From the IMG/VR virus record IMGVR_UViG_3300045988_111022: a stretch of DNA of 64,000 nt; one strand, given 5' to 3'. A program made the translations under genes and the position numbers. The notes beneath the pieces are model-generated. The model was not told the DNA's origin. It saw only the letters and a program-made list of their open reading frames with translations, and did no database searches. Positions within the stretch are counted from its first letter, which is position 1; each line of letters begins with the position of its first letter. This stretch comes from a virus. Positions 33,191 to 42,290 of the stretch are shown piece by piece.

Positions 33191-35539
33191 GTGAAAAAAG
33201 TTATTCCCGGAAAAATTAAAACACAGCTGCGCCTTGACGGTTACTATAATGTGCTGAACAAGTACGGCACCCAGCACGACAGCACGGAGTACTACCAGTG
33301 GGCGTCTGGCTCTGCGGTAAGCGATACGGAGCTGGCTGATCTCTATGCAGGAAACGGGTTGTTCTCAACCATTATTGATGCCCCGGCGGACGACGCAACC
33401 AAGAACGGCATCGACCTCGGCATCAAGGACAAAGACTTGCAGAAACAGCTCGACAACCACTTGCAGACCATCCGATACCAGAGCAAATTCGCCAAGGCTT
33501 TGCGCTGGGCGCGGCTCTTTGGCGGTGCTGCTGTGGTGATGCTGGTTGACGACGGGCGGCTCCTGCAGGATCCTTTGAACTGGCGTGACGTGCACGGCGT
33601 CGAAGAGCTGTTGGTATATGGCCGCAACGAAATGTATCCTCTTTGGGTCAATGGGTATGAGAACAACCCGGACGATGAGGATTACCGCCGGGGAGGCACT
33701 GGCATCCCGGAGTACTACCAAGTCAACAGCGTGTACGGCAACTATGTTGTGCATTCGTCCAGATGCCTTGTTTTCCATAACTCGGACATCCCGGAAAGCT
33801 CCACTATGGCTAATCTCTACCGCACATGGGGCATCCCGGAGTATCTGCGCATTCGTGAAGAGCTGAGAAATGCCAGCATAGGCCCCGGCTATTCTATCCG
33901 CCTGCTGGAGCGGCTGTCGATGGTGACCTACAAGATGAAGAATCTTGCTGGTGTGCTTTCCACGGCAGACGGCGAGGATACGGTTCTTCAGCGTATGGAA
34001 ATGCTTGACCTTGCCCGTAATCTGCTGAACATGGTCATTATTGATGCCGACGGCGAGGATGTGGGCGTTCAATCCCTGTCTGTTGCTGGCGTTAAGGACA
34101 TTCTGGACAATGCCTGTGCGATGTTGTCTGCTGTATCTCATATCCCACAGACGCGGCTTTTTGGGCGTTCCCCGGCGGGCGAGAATGCCACTGGAGAGAG
34201 TGACCTTGAGAATTACAAGGAATTCGTCGGAGGTCTCCAAAACGGTGACCTCCGCGATAACACCCGTACCCTCGTTGAGCTGATTCTTCGCGGCATGGTT
34301 TGGAACAGGGAAGTCGAGGAGATACCTGAGTACACCGTGACCTACAAGAGCGCGTGGAGCCCGTCTGACGATGAAAAGGCAGCACAAGACCAAGCTGCCG
34401 CAGTGGCACAGCTCACCAGAGCGCAGACCGCTGGCACATACGTCACAAATGGAATTGTCGAAGCTGAAGAAGTTCGCCGTGCGATGGTTCGGGACGAACA
34501 GTTTGACCCGGAGAATATTCTCACGGAAGCGGACATCCACCAAGACTGGGGTCTTGGCGGAGCCGATACCCAGCAGGAAGCCGCTGATGGTCAGCAACAG
34601 AACGTCGCGGACGCAAGCGGTCTTGTTACCGATGAGGGAGACTGCGGCTATGTGGCGGGCTTTGTCGTGCAGGATGGCAAGATCCTCTGCGGGCGTCGCT
34701 CCGATGGTCAAGGCTGGTGTGGCCCCGGTGGGCATATCGAGCCGAAAGAAACGCCGGGGGTGGCCTTCCGCCGGGAAGCCAAAGAAGAGTTTGGAATTGA
34801 CGTTGGGAATATTACCTATCTTGGTAACTGCAAAGGAAAACCGGATGAAATCCTCCCTGTGCAGATATACCGCGTCAACGACTATGCAGGTATCCCGGTG
34901 TGCGATCAGGAAGAGATGTTCACCGCCACATGGTTCACCCCGGAACAGATTCTTGCCCAAGAGGTCCCCGGCGGGCTGGTGTTCGACCCATTCCGCAGGA
35001 GCGTGGAAGAATACCTCGACCAGCTGGGCCTGACGCTGGATGACTTCGACCCCAATAAGCACAAACGCGATGAGGACGGAAAGTTCTCCAGCATGGGGAA
35101 CACAACATCAAAAGATGAATCGGGCAAGGAAAATTCGTCAAAAGACTTGAATGATTCCCAAAGTCATGCTAAAATAAATTCTAACGCAGTTTCGGCAAAA
35201 GGCGCAAACGCTTTCAAAGTGAAAGGGTTTCCCAACAAGCAGAAGCTGAACAACCACTGGCAGAACGGAAGAACCCACGCCGCTGAGTACGCTCCCGATG
35301 GCATTACAACAAAGGAGCAGTACGAAAAGCGGGCGGTTCAACTTCTGGAAAGCCCCTGTGGGAACGGTATCAAGGGCTATAAGACAAAAGATGGCCTTAT
35401 ATGCCGATACGATACGAAGAAAAATGACTTTGCGAAAGGTTCCCCGGAGAAAGGCGTAAGAACGATGTTCAAGCCCGATGATGGGGAAGAGTATTATAGA
35501 CGCCGACTTGAGGCCGAGGGAATAGAGAACGATGAATGA
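33191..35539 (+). CDS. Portal protein (DUF1073-type) fused to a NUDIX hydrolase domain and a C-terminal nuclease-toxin-like domain
   Basis: N-terminal ~470 aa are DUF1073 portal-like. NUDIX box GGHIEPKETPGVAFRREAKEEFGI is at nt 34727-34798. The C-terminal ~140 aa (HWQNGRTHAAEY...ICRYDTKKNDFAKG...RTMFKP) resemble BECR-type nuclease modules of polyvalent phage proteins. Confidence 0.75.
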   Translation: MKKVIPGKIKTQLRLDGYYNVLNKYGTQHDSTEYYQWASGSAVSDTELADLYAGNGLFSTIIDAPADDATKNGIDLGIKDKDLQKQLDNHLQTIRYQSKFAKALRWARLFGGAAVVMLVDDGRLLQDPLNWRDVHGVEELLVYGRNEMYPLWVNGYENNPDDEDYRRGGTGIPEYYQVNSVYGNYVVHSSRCLVFHNSDIPESSTMANLYRTWGIPEYLRIREELRNASIGPGYSIRLLERLSMVTYKMKNLAGVLSTADGEDTVLQRMEMLDLARNLLNMVIIDADGEDVGVQSLSVAGVKDILDNACAMLSAVSHIPQTRLFGRSPAGENATGESDLENYKEFVGGLQNGDLRDNTRTLVELILRGMVWNREVEEIPEYTVTYKSAWSPSDDEKAAQDQAAAVAQLTRAQTAGTYVTNGIVEAEEVRRAMVRDEQFDPENILTEADIHQDWGLGGADTQQEAADGQQQNVADASGLVTDEGDCGYVAGFVVQDGKILCGRRSDGQGWCGPGGHIEPKETPGVAFRREAKEEFGIDVGNITYLGNCKGKPDEILPVQIYRVNDYAGIPVCDQEEMFTATWFTPEQILAQEVPGGLVFDPFRRSVEEYLDQLGLTLDDFDPNKHKRDEDGKFSSMGNTTSKDESGKENSSKDLNDSQSHAKINSNAVSAKGANAFKVKGFPNKQKLNNHWQNGRTHAAEYAPDGITTKEQYEKRAVQLLESPCGNGIKGYKTKDGLICRYDTKKNDFAKGSPEKGVRTMFKPDDGEEYYRRRLEAEGIENDE

Positions 35540-35729
35540 CGAAACCATTTGCCCGCTGTGTGGGCAGCATCACTTTGAAGAGAACGACGATTTTGAGGAA
35601 TGCCCTGTGTGCGGTTGGGTGAATGACGGCGTACAGCGCGCAGATCCCGATTATCGCGGCGGGTATAACCGCATCAGCCTGAACGAAGCAAAAAAGAAAT
35701 TTGCCGCAGGCAAAAAGGTGTTTGATTAA
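35532..35729 (+). CDS. CPCC-family cysteine-rich protein
   Basis: ICPLCGQHHFEENDDFEECPVCGWVNDGVQRADPDYRGGYNRISLNEAKKKF. Confidence 0.7.
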   Translation: MNDETICPLCGQHHFEENDDFEECPVCGWVNDGVQRADPDYRGGYNRISLNEAKKKFAAGKKVFD

Positions 35730-35743
35730 CAATAACGGCGTTG

Positions 35744-35792
35744 AGAGCCTTTGCAGGTGACGCGAGAGCGTCCTTTGCGAAGGCTCTTTTTG
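35744..35792 (+). terminator. Terminator-like hairpin
   Basis: AGAGCCTTTGC (35744-35754) / GCGAAGGCTCT (35777-35787), 1 mismatch, followed by TTTTT. Confidence 0.5.
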
Positions 35793-35795
35793 TTT

Positions 35796-35871
35796 GCAGT
35801 CATAGCTCAGTTGGTAGAGCGCCTGCCCTCCAAGCAGGATGCCGCGGGTTCGAGCCCCGTTGACTGCTCCA
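35796..35871 (+). tRNA. tRNA, probable Gly (anticodon UCC) with C at position 33
   Basis: Hand-folded cloverleaf: acceptor GCAGTCA/TGACTGC, D arm GCTC-AGTTGGTA-GAGC, anticodon arm CCTGC-CCTCCAA-GCAGG, T arm GCGGG-TTCGAGC-CCCGT. CCA is encoded. Confidence 0.75.
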
Positions 35872-35874
35872 TAT

Positions 35875-35947
35875 CGAGGGTTGGCCAAGTTGGATAAGGC
35901 ATGGGCCTTTGACTCCCAGACCGCCGGTTCGAGTCCGGTACCCTCGA
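35875..35947 (+). tRNA. tRNA-Gln (anticodon UUG)
   Basis: Acceptor CGAGGGT/ACCCTCG, D arm GCC-AAGTTGGATAA-GGC (Gln-like), anticodon loop CTTTGAC, T arm GCCGG-TTCGAGT-CCGGT. No encoded CCA. C31-U39 mismatch. Confidence 0.7.
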
Positions 35948-35952
35948 CTTAT

Positions 35953-36029
35953 GCTGGTGTAGCTCAGTTGGACAGAGCAGTTGATTTGTAATCTTCAGGT
36001 CGTGGGTTCAAATCCCATCCCCAGCTCCA
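35953..36029 (+). tRNA. tRNA-Thr-like (anticodon UGU) with weakened stems
   Basis: Acceptor GCTGGTG/CCCCAGC (one U-C mismatch). Anticodon arm GTTGA-TTTGTAA-TCTTC (two U-U mismatches). T arm GTGGG-TTCAAAT-CCCAT. CCA is encoded. Confidence 0.55.
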
Positions 36030-36232
36030 TCCGCAGTACACCGTAATCGGCACCTCGATGGCATGAGGAAGCGCCGACCCCGCTCCCAACAGACCGCTGC
36101 GAAGTGTTCTGGCCTGTTCCATGACTGAGCCAGCGCGGATCCATATGCCGCGTTCCTTCCGCTTCGCCTTGGACGGATGCGCGCTGTAAGCAAAAGGTCA
36201 AACCCATTCAAGTGCTGCATGCCATGAACGTA
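36030..36232 (+). other. Unassigned ~200-nt segment between the tRNA cluster and a terminator (possible ncRNA or tRNA remnant)
   Basis: No RBS-preceded ORF. Bounded downstream by a strong terminator, so it is probably co-transcribed with the tRNAs. Confidence 0.3.
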
Positions 36233-36267
36233 AAGGCCCTGTATCTTCAATGATGCAGGGCCTTTTT
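36233..36267 (+). terminator. Rho-independent terminator
   Basis: AAGGCCCTG (36233-36241) / CAGGGCCTT (36256-36264), followed by TTTTT. Confidence 0.75.
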
Positions 36268-36311
36268 GATGCCGGCAGAGGGAAGATTCCCGGAAAGATA
36301 AAGAGGTGTTT

Positions 36312-37232
36312 ATGCCAGTGAGAAACAACGGCCCCGGCGAATACAGTCGGGCTTCTACGACAAGAAAATCAAAGGTCGAGCCGGAATACCCGCAATGGGC
36401 AGAAAGTAAGATGCGAGCCATTGAGAACAGGCGCTTAAAAGAGCTTCAAGCTGTGGTGCGCGATTCAATGCCTGAGATACTGGCCATCGCTGCGGATGAA
36501 ATGGATACGGCTTCTGAAAGCATCAGAAAAGATGGATACAGCGACATGGTGCGCCGCATCCAGAACAGGTTCCGCATTATGCGTGATCGGCTCAGTCGGC
36601 GGCTGAAAACCGACCCGTTGGAACGTGATGTCCGCCGCTGTGCGGATTATACAGACCGCCGCCAGCTCCAAGAATGGCAACGCAGTGTCCGGGCCACACT
36701 CGGCATCGACATCAGCAAGGACTTCTTCATTGGTGAGCGGTATGAGCAGATGCTTTCAAGGTGGGTGGAGCAAAATGTTTCTTTCATAACCAGCATCGAG
36801 AGCGATTGCTTTGATGATATGGAGAAAATCATTATTGACGGCTTTACAAAGGGCCGAACACCCGCCGCAATTTCAAATGAGATACAGCGGCGCTTCGATG
36901 TGACCAAATCGAAAGCGAACCTTTTGGCTCGCGACCAGATTGGAACATTGAGCGCAGACCTGACTCGTACTCGACAGGAGTCCGCCGGGGTAAAGGAGTA
37001 CATCTGGCGTTCGTCCGGCGACGAACGTGTGCGCGCGTGCCATCGTGAACTTGATGGTAAGACGTTTCGTTATGATGACCCGCCAGCAATGTGGTACATG
37101 ACGAAGCGAGGGAAAATCTACACCGGGAGACACTGCAACCCCGGCGAGGATTACCAGTGCCGCTGTGTTGCAAAACCCGTTTTTGACTTTAATAGGCTCA
37201 ATTCTCAAGCCTTTAAGGAGAAGAAACAATGA
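36312..37232 (+). CDS. Minor head protein (Mu F / SPP1 gp7 family)
   Basis: ...KANLLARDQIGTLSADLTRTRQESAGVKEYIWRSSGDERVRACHRELDGKTF...HCNPGEDYQCRC is the typical Phage_Mu_F C-terminal core. Confidence 0.8.
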   Translation: MPVRNNGPGEYSRASTTRKSKVEPEYPQWAESKMRAIENRRLKELQAVVRDSMPEILAIAADEMDTASESIRKDGYSDMVRRIQNRFRIMRDRLSRRLKTDPLERDVRRCADYTDRRQLQEWQRSVRATLGIDISKDFFIGERYEQMLSRWVEQNVSFITSIESDCFDDMEKIIIDGFTKGRTPAAISNEIQRRFDVTKSKANLLARDQIGTLSADLTRTRQESAGVKEYIWRSSGDERVRACHRELDGKTFRYDDPPAMWYMTKRGKIYTGRHCNPGEDYQCRCVAKPVFDFNRLNSQAFKEKKQ

Positions 37233-38599
37233 ATCAGAAAAATCCGCCGCAAGTCCTTCGGAGCGAAATGCGTGCTGACAGCGTGCCTGTCGATGAGCAT
37301 TACAGCACCGAGGGATATTTTTATGATAACCCCATCCTGACCCGCACCGGCATCTTCAAGTACAAGCTGGAAGATGGTTCGGAACGTCGAGAACTGCGCA
37401 GGCCGGAAGATGTGTTTGACCCGGCGAGCCTTGCAAGCTATGAGGGAAAGCCCATCATCATTACCCACGATGCGCAGGTGATAGACAAAGACAATGCCCG
37501 CCGGGAGAGAGTGGGAACAATCCTGACTCCCGGACAGCAGGAAGGCGAGACCGTCCGTGCCAAAATCGTCATTGACGACCCCGATGCTGTAAAGGCGTCG
37601 GGCCTGCGCGAGCTGTCCGTTGGATATTATCAGGATCTTATCATGGAACCCGGAGAGTGGGAGGGAGAGCCTTACGATGCAATCCAGACCCACATCCGCG
37701 TGAATCATCTTGCGCTGGTTGCCGTCGCCCGCGCCGGAGATGATGCAAGACTGAATATGGACGGCCAAGACAATGGAGGTACTGACCCTATGGATGACGA
37801 GAACAAGAAGACCTGCACCACCATGGACGACGATACTACCGTGGAACCCGATAAGCAGACTGCGGATGATGGCGAAGGCGCTTCCCCTGCGACTTCGTCC
37901 CTTGACCCTGCCGGCATCGAGGCGGCTATCAAGGCATATCTGGCCGCTACTGGCGGTGCAACTGCTGACGATGAGAACGACCCGGCGGCGGGTGGTGACC
38001 CCACCAAGCCGACTGAGGACGATGGTGAAGATGATGCCACCACACCCGACGTTCTGGCGGACATTACGGCCCGCCGGGATGCAATGGAGGATGGTCCCGC
38101 AAAGTCCGACATCAACACCCTGCTGTCTATGCTGGAGGCTGAGAAAGCCCGTGCGGATGCCGCTGAAGACGATGTCAAACAGCCGCCCACAGAAGATGAG
38201 GACGACGCCTCTGACAATGACAGAGGCCAGCTGAACCATGACAGTCTCGACGCCATCGTCAAGAAGAAGGTCGACCAGCGCATGGAGCTGTGCCGTCTGG
38301 GCGACAAACTGCATCTGGATGGCATGTACACCCTGCCTGTGATGCAGGCAAAGAAAAAGGTCATCAGAACTGTTCTGCCCGGTATGCGTCTGGACGGGAA
38401 AGGCGACGCATACATCAACGCAGCTTTTGACATTGCCAAGGGCAAGGTCGATGGCCGCAAGACCGTGAACGATCAGCGTCGGCAGGTGTTCAATGCGGAT
38501 TCCGCAAATGCGGCGACCCGTAACGCGGGTGCCAAGAACGACCCCGACACCGCTCGTACCCGCATGATCCAGCGTCACGCTGGCGAAAAGGAGGACTAA
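37229..38599 (+). CDS. DUF2213-type prohead scaffold/protease-like protein
   Basis: N-terminus TRTGIFKYKLEDGSERRELRRPEDVFDPASLASYEGKPIIITH...ELSVGY...VNHLALV. Acidic low-complexity centre. Confidence 0.7.
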   Translation: MNQKNPPQVLRSEMRADSVPVDEHYSTEGYFYDNPILTRTGIFKYKLEDGSERRELRRPEDVFDPASLASYEGKPIIITHDAQVIDKDNARRERVGTILTPGQQEGETVRAKIVIDDPDAVKASGLRELSVGYYQDLIMEPGEWEGEPYDAIQTHIRVNHLALVAVARAGDDARLNMDGQDNGGTDPMDDENKKTCTTMDDDTTVEPDKQTADDGEGASPATSSLDPAGIEAAIKAYLAATGGATADDENDPAAGGDPTKPTEDDGEDDATTPDVLADITARRDAMEDGPAKSDINTLLSMLEAEKARADAAEDDVKQPPTEDEDDASDNDRGQLNHDSLDAIVKKKVDQRMELCRLGDKLHLDGMYTLPVMQAKKKVIRTVLPGMRLDGKGDAYINAAFDIAKGKVDGRKTVNDQRRQVFNADSANAATRNAGAKNDPDTARTRMIQRHAGEKED

Positions 38600-38602
38600 G
38601 CT

Positions 38603-39091
38603 ATGAGCAATATGGCTGTACAGATGAATTACGGTGAGCCGAGCCGCGGCATGCCCGGTGGCCTTTATGACCGGGCCGAGTATGAAGCTGTGACCCGCCG
38701 CAATAGCGCTGAGGATAAGGCGCTGTGCTTTGGATACGGTGTCGTGCAGGGTGCAGAGCCGGGAAAGGACATTGCGCTTCCTGCAACGGACGTAACTGCT
38801 GACAAGTTCGAGGGCGTTGTGATGTACAGCGCCAATGTCGAGATGGACGATGATGGTGCCGTACTCCTGCGGAAGAACCAGATCGTCGATGTCTGCCAGT
38901 CCGGCAAGCTGTGGGTGCAGCTGGTCGATTCGGTGGAGCCTGCCTATGGCCAGCCCGTGTACCTTGTGACCACTGGCGCTGACGCCGGAAAGTTTACCCC
39001 GACCAAGGGAACCAATCTGGCAGTGAAGGCGCGCTTCATCGGCGCGGCTGTGAACGGCATCGCCCCTGCTCAGTTCGTGACTCAGCTTTAA
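38603..39091 (+). CDS. Capsid cement/decoration-like protein
   Basis: Sits between the DUF2213 and major capsid genes. 162 aa. Pattern recalled from cement-protein (Gp24-like) families. Confidence 0.45.
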   Translation: MSNMAVQMNYGEPSRGMPGGLYDRAEYEAVTRRNSAEDKALCFGYGVVQGAEPGKDIALPATDVTADKFEGVVMYSANVEMDDDGAVLLRKNQIVDVCQSGKLWVQLVDSVEPAYGQPVYLVTTGADAGKFTPTKGTNLAVKARFIGAAVNGIAPAQFVTQL

Positions 39092-39105
39092 GGAGGTAGA
39101 AATCT

Positions 39106-40170
39106 ATGTCTAAATTCAATCCTTTCGACCCCGCAAACGGCTACAGCGAGGAGGACCGCGTCGCTCTGGAGACGAAGTGCGCTTCGCTGATTAACCGCGC
39201 CTATCGCAACCCGTTCCCCGGTGCTTCGCTTCGTCACGACGGCGCGGACAATGCGGGCATCTTCTTTGCCAAGCAGCTGGCGCACATCAAGACCAAGGCA
39301 TACGACAAGGAGTTCCCGGAGCTGTCCGGCCTGAAGCTGTTCCCCCAGACAAGCGATACGGATGAGGGTGCAAGCTACACCGAGTACTACTCCTATGAGC
39401 CTGTCGGCTTCGCTGCTATCATCGCGAACTACGCTTCGGATCTGCCGCGTGTTGACGTGAAAGGCACTCCCCATCGTGCCGAAATCGTCAACATCGGCGA
39501 CAGCTATGGTTACAACGTGCAGGAGCTGCGCGCATGCCGCCGGAACGCCGTTCTGGGCATCATGAAGTCTCTGGATGCTGTCCGTGCCGAAGCCGCCCGC
39601 CGGGTTTATGATGTCAAGGTGAACCACCTGATCTGGAACGGCGACGAGAAGGCAAAAATCGTTGGTATCCTCTCTTCGGATAACAATATCCCCGTCTACA
39701 CACTGCAGAACGGTGCTGGGGGCAAGGCTGACTGGGCAAACAAGACTGCCGATGAGATCGCCGCTGACATTGCCGGCATCCTGAACTACATCGACACTCT
39801 GACCCAGAGCGTTGAGCACCCGGACAGCTGGGTTATGCCGAACGACCTGTACACCGCTCTGAACCTGCGTCGCATCGATGGCACTGGCGAATCCGTGCTG
39901 TCCTACATCAAGGAGCACACTCCCCAGATCAAAAACTGGGAGACTGCTGGCGAGCTGTCCAAGAGCAACAAGGACTACAACACCACCGGAAAGAACATCG
40001 GCCTGCTGTACACCAAGGATGCCGATAAGATGTACCATGATGTGCCTATGGCGTTCCTCCAGCATGCGCCGCAGGACCGCAACCTTGAAATCGTCATCAA
40101 CTGCGAGGGCCGCGACGCCGGCATGGTTATTCCTTATCCGCTGTCCGCCTGCCTCGTCTACGGCCTGTAA
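39106..40170 (+). CDS. Major capsid protein (DUF2184 / encapsulin-like family)
   Basis: FFAKQLAHIKTKAYDKEFPELSGLKLFPQ...YYSYEPVGFAAIIANYASDLPRVDV...YGYNVQELRA. AAGGAGG RBS. Confidence 0.8.
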   Translation: MSKFNPFDPANGYSEEDRVALETKCASLINRAYRNPFPGASLRHDGADNAGIFFAKQLAHIKTKAYDKEFPELSGLKLFPQTSDTDEGASYTEYYSYEPVGFAAIIANYASDLPRVDVKGTPHRAEIVNIGDSYGYNVQELRACRRNAVLGIMKSLDAVRAEAARRVYDVKVNHLIWNGDEKAKIVGILSSDNNIPVYTLQNGAGGKADWANKTADEIAADIAGILNYIDTLTQSVEHPDSWVMPNDLYTALNLRRIDGTGESVLSYIKEHTPQIKNWETAGELSKSNKDYNTTGKNIGLLYTKDADKMYHDVPMAFLQHAPQDRNLEIVINCEGRDAGMVIPYPLSACLVYGL

Positions 40171-40185
40171 GAAAGGAGCCTGCTT

Positions 40186-40410
40186 ATGAAAATCAAGAAT
40201 ATCAGCGTAAAGCCGATTTGCATTGGCGATGTCTCTCTGCTTCCTGGCGAAACTGCGCAGGTCGAAACCGTCTATGCCGATGCTGTGGCGTTCTACATCA
40301 GCATGGGCTATGTGCAGGAGGTCGCAGAGAAGAAGACCCGCGGCAAGGCAAAGGCTCCCGATACGGAGCCTAATACCGTTGCAGAGGAAGCCGCAGAGGA
40401 CGAGTCCTGA
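40186..40410 (+). CDS. Hypothetical head-associated protein (74 aa)
   Basis: AAAGGAG RBS. Packed in the head module. Confidence 0.55.
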   Translation: MKIKNISVKPICIGDVSLLPGETAQVETVYADAVAFYISMGYVQEVAEKKTRGKAKAPDTEPNTVAEEAAEDES

Positions 40411-40793
40411 TGGACACCGTCGATGTTGCGGCGGTCACCAAAATCGTGAAGATGGTGGGAGCGGAGTTCAAAGAGGTGTCCGATGATGACATCGGGTTTT
40501 GGATTGAGCTTCAAGCCCCTGTTATTTCCAGAAAGAAATTCGGCACTGATTATAATCTGGCGCTGGCTCTTTTGGTGTGCCATGCTATGAAAATGGCTGG
40601 CAACGGTGACAACTCGCTGGGGACAATTTCCGATACGGGACGGCTTGCTAGCGTATCAGAGGGCGGAGTAAGCATTTCCTTTGCGACGTCTACTGCGGGA
40701 ACAGCGGGGGACGCAGCCTATCAGCTCACATCGTATGGGTTGCAGTTCATCGAGATTCGGAACAGGCATATCGTTCCCATTATGATTCGGTAA
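40410..40793 (+). CDS. DUF4054-like head-tail connector protein
   Basis: ...LALALLVCHAMKMAG...GRLASVSEGGVSISFA...LTSYGLQFIEIR. Confidence 0.6.
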   Translation: MDTVDVAAVTKIVKMVGAEFKEVSDDDIGFWIELQAPVISRKKFGTDYNLALALLVCHAMKMAGNGDNSLGTISDTGRLASVSEGGVSISFATSTAGTAGDAAYQLTSYGLQFIEIRNRHIVPIMIR

Positions 40794-40805
40794 GAGGGTG
40801 AATGT

Positions 40806-41336
40806 ATGGCTATTGCCGGAGAATTTGGGCTCGACCTGACCCCGGAGGGAAGAGCGGCACTGTCATTGCTGGATGAACTGGAGGACATCGTTGTTGAGGT
40901 CGGATACCAAGCCGATCAAATGGCGATTGACGGCGAGACCTCGCTGGCAGAGATTGCCTATTGGAATCACTATGGGACTTTGCATAAGGATGGCTCCGTG
41001 ATGATCCCGGCACGTCCATTCATGGATGCACTTCAAAAGCACCCCGATGAATTGGCGGAGTTCTCACAGAAAGCGGCGTCGAACCTCAATACCGCCGAAA
41101 CTGTAGCGAGTGCAATCGGCGCTCAAGCTAGTTCTATGATTCAGGACGCTATCAGAGACGAAGATTGGACGCCTAATGCGCCGATTACGGTTGAGGGTGG
41201 ATGGATGGTAAACGAGTACGGCAAGAATGGCCCTGTCCCAGTCCATATTGACGGAAAAGGCTCTACAAAGCCTTTGATTGACACTGGAACCATGAGACAG
41301 CAGTGCGGATTTCGCCTCGTGAAAGGGGAAAAATGA
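40806..41336 (+). CDS. Head-tail joining protein (HK97 gp10-like, tentative)
   Basis: Position in the module. ...IAYWNHYGT...IPARPFM... Confidence 0.45.
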   Translation: MAIAGEFGLDLTPEGRAALSLLDELEDIVVEVGYQADQMAIDGETSLAEIAYWNHYGTLHKDGSVMIPARPFMDALQKHPDELAEFSQKAASNLNTAETVASAIGAQASSMIQDAIRDEDWTPNAPITVEGGWMVNEYGKNGPVPVHIDGKGSTKPLIDTGTMRQQCGFRLVKGEK

Positions 41337-41701
41337 ACATCTTCAAACGGTCTTACAAAGTGCGGCGGTACGGAAGAACCAGCTGGGAAGATGGTGTGGC
41401 GTCCGCCGGGTATGAGGATGTGCAGCTTATGCTGGATGTTCAAGCCAAGACGAGACGGAACCAAGATGACCCGGCGGGCAGGACGACCGCGGGAACGCTG
41501 ACGGTGTACAGCGACATGGAGCTTCACCCGGCGGAGTCTGACGATCAGACGGACGGTGACCGCTTGTTCTACATGGGCAAGTGGTACGTCTGCAAGTCGT
41601 CGATTTACTGGGGGAACACTATTCTGTCGCACTGGATTTCGGAGTTTGAGGCGGTCGATGGCGAGAATGAAAGGGGGAAGAGGGACGATGACGGAAGCTG
41701 A
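41333..41701 (+). CDS. Hypothetical neck/tail-completion protein
   Basis: ATGA overlap with the previous gene. 122 aa. Confidence 0.5.
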   Translation: MNIFKRSYKVRRYGRTSWEDGVASAGYEDVQLMLDVQAKTRRNQDDPAGRTTAGTLTVYSDMELHPAESDDQTDGDRLFYMGKWYVCKSSIYWGNTILSHWISEFEAVDGENERGKRDDDGS

Positions 41702-42278
41702 GTGCAGGGCCGAGATTCGTAAGTTTTTCATGGAGCTTTACCCTGCCTGCACGGTCATTTACTCTTACCCCGGCAATGCGGCCCGCCCGCCTGCGCCCTA
41801 CGTCGTGCTTGACTTTGATGCCGCCGACAGTTTTCAAATTGACGAATACGTAGATGATGGGATTTTGCAGCAGACATGGTACATGAGCATGCCGTTTTCT
41901 GCGGAGCTGGTTGCGCAGAGCAAGGTGGTTCATGGCGGCGGAGTAAAAAAGGCTCTTCTGTCAACGGCTGTTGATGACCTTGCCCAGAGTATCCGCTTTT
42001 TCCAAAGCTCCTACGCAGAAGATAAAATGCGTCTGCTGAACATTTCGGTAACGGCCACAGGAAACCCAGAGCAGATCCATAACAGCGTGTCCGGTGTGGA
42101 ACGGGCGCGCTGTTCTTTTTCTGTGGATTTCGTTCAGAACACGAAGGAGTATGCAGCACTGCATCCACAGGACGGTGAGTACATTGCCGACCACGACAGC
42201 GCGGCATCGAAAGAACTTGCAGATATGCAGGCTGGATATTTCACAGAAGTTGAAATTGAACCACAAATCAAGGAATAA
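41688..42278 (+). CDS. Hypothetical tail-terminator-position protein
   Basis: ATG at 41688 after GGGGGAAGAGGG. 196 aa. Precedes the sheath gene. Confidence 0.5.
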   Translation: MTEAECRAEIRKFFMELYPACTVIYSYPGNAARPPAPYVVLDFDAADSFQIDEYVDDGILQQTWYMSMPFSAELVAQSKVVHGGGVKKALLSTAVDDLAQSIRFFQSSYAEDKMRLLNISVTATGNPEQIHNSVSGVERARCSFSVDFVQNTKEYAALHPQDGEYIADHDSAASKELADMQAGYFTEVEIEPQIKE

Positions 42279-42290
42279 AGGAGTGAGAGC

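Noticed and set aside
33365-35062. 565-aa minus-strand ORF antisense to the portal gene. Similar long antisense ORFs: 57015-58688, 37205-38578, 60768-61892, 14161-15195, 9764-10750, 39088-40065, 17233-18171.
   Set aside because: All lie opposite + strand genes with clear domain signatures and RBSs. They have no RBS, and their composition is Arg/His/Leu/Pro-skewed and unlike real proteins. They are typical GC-rich antisense frame artefacts.
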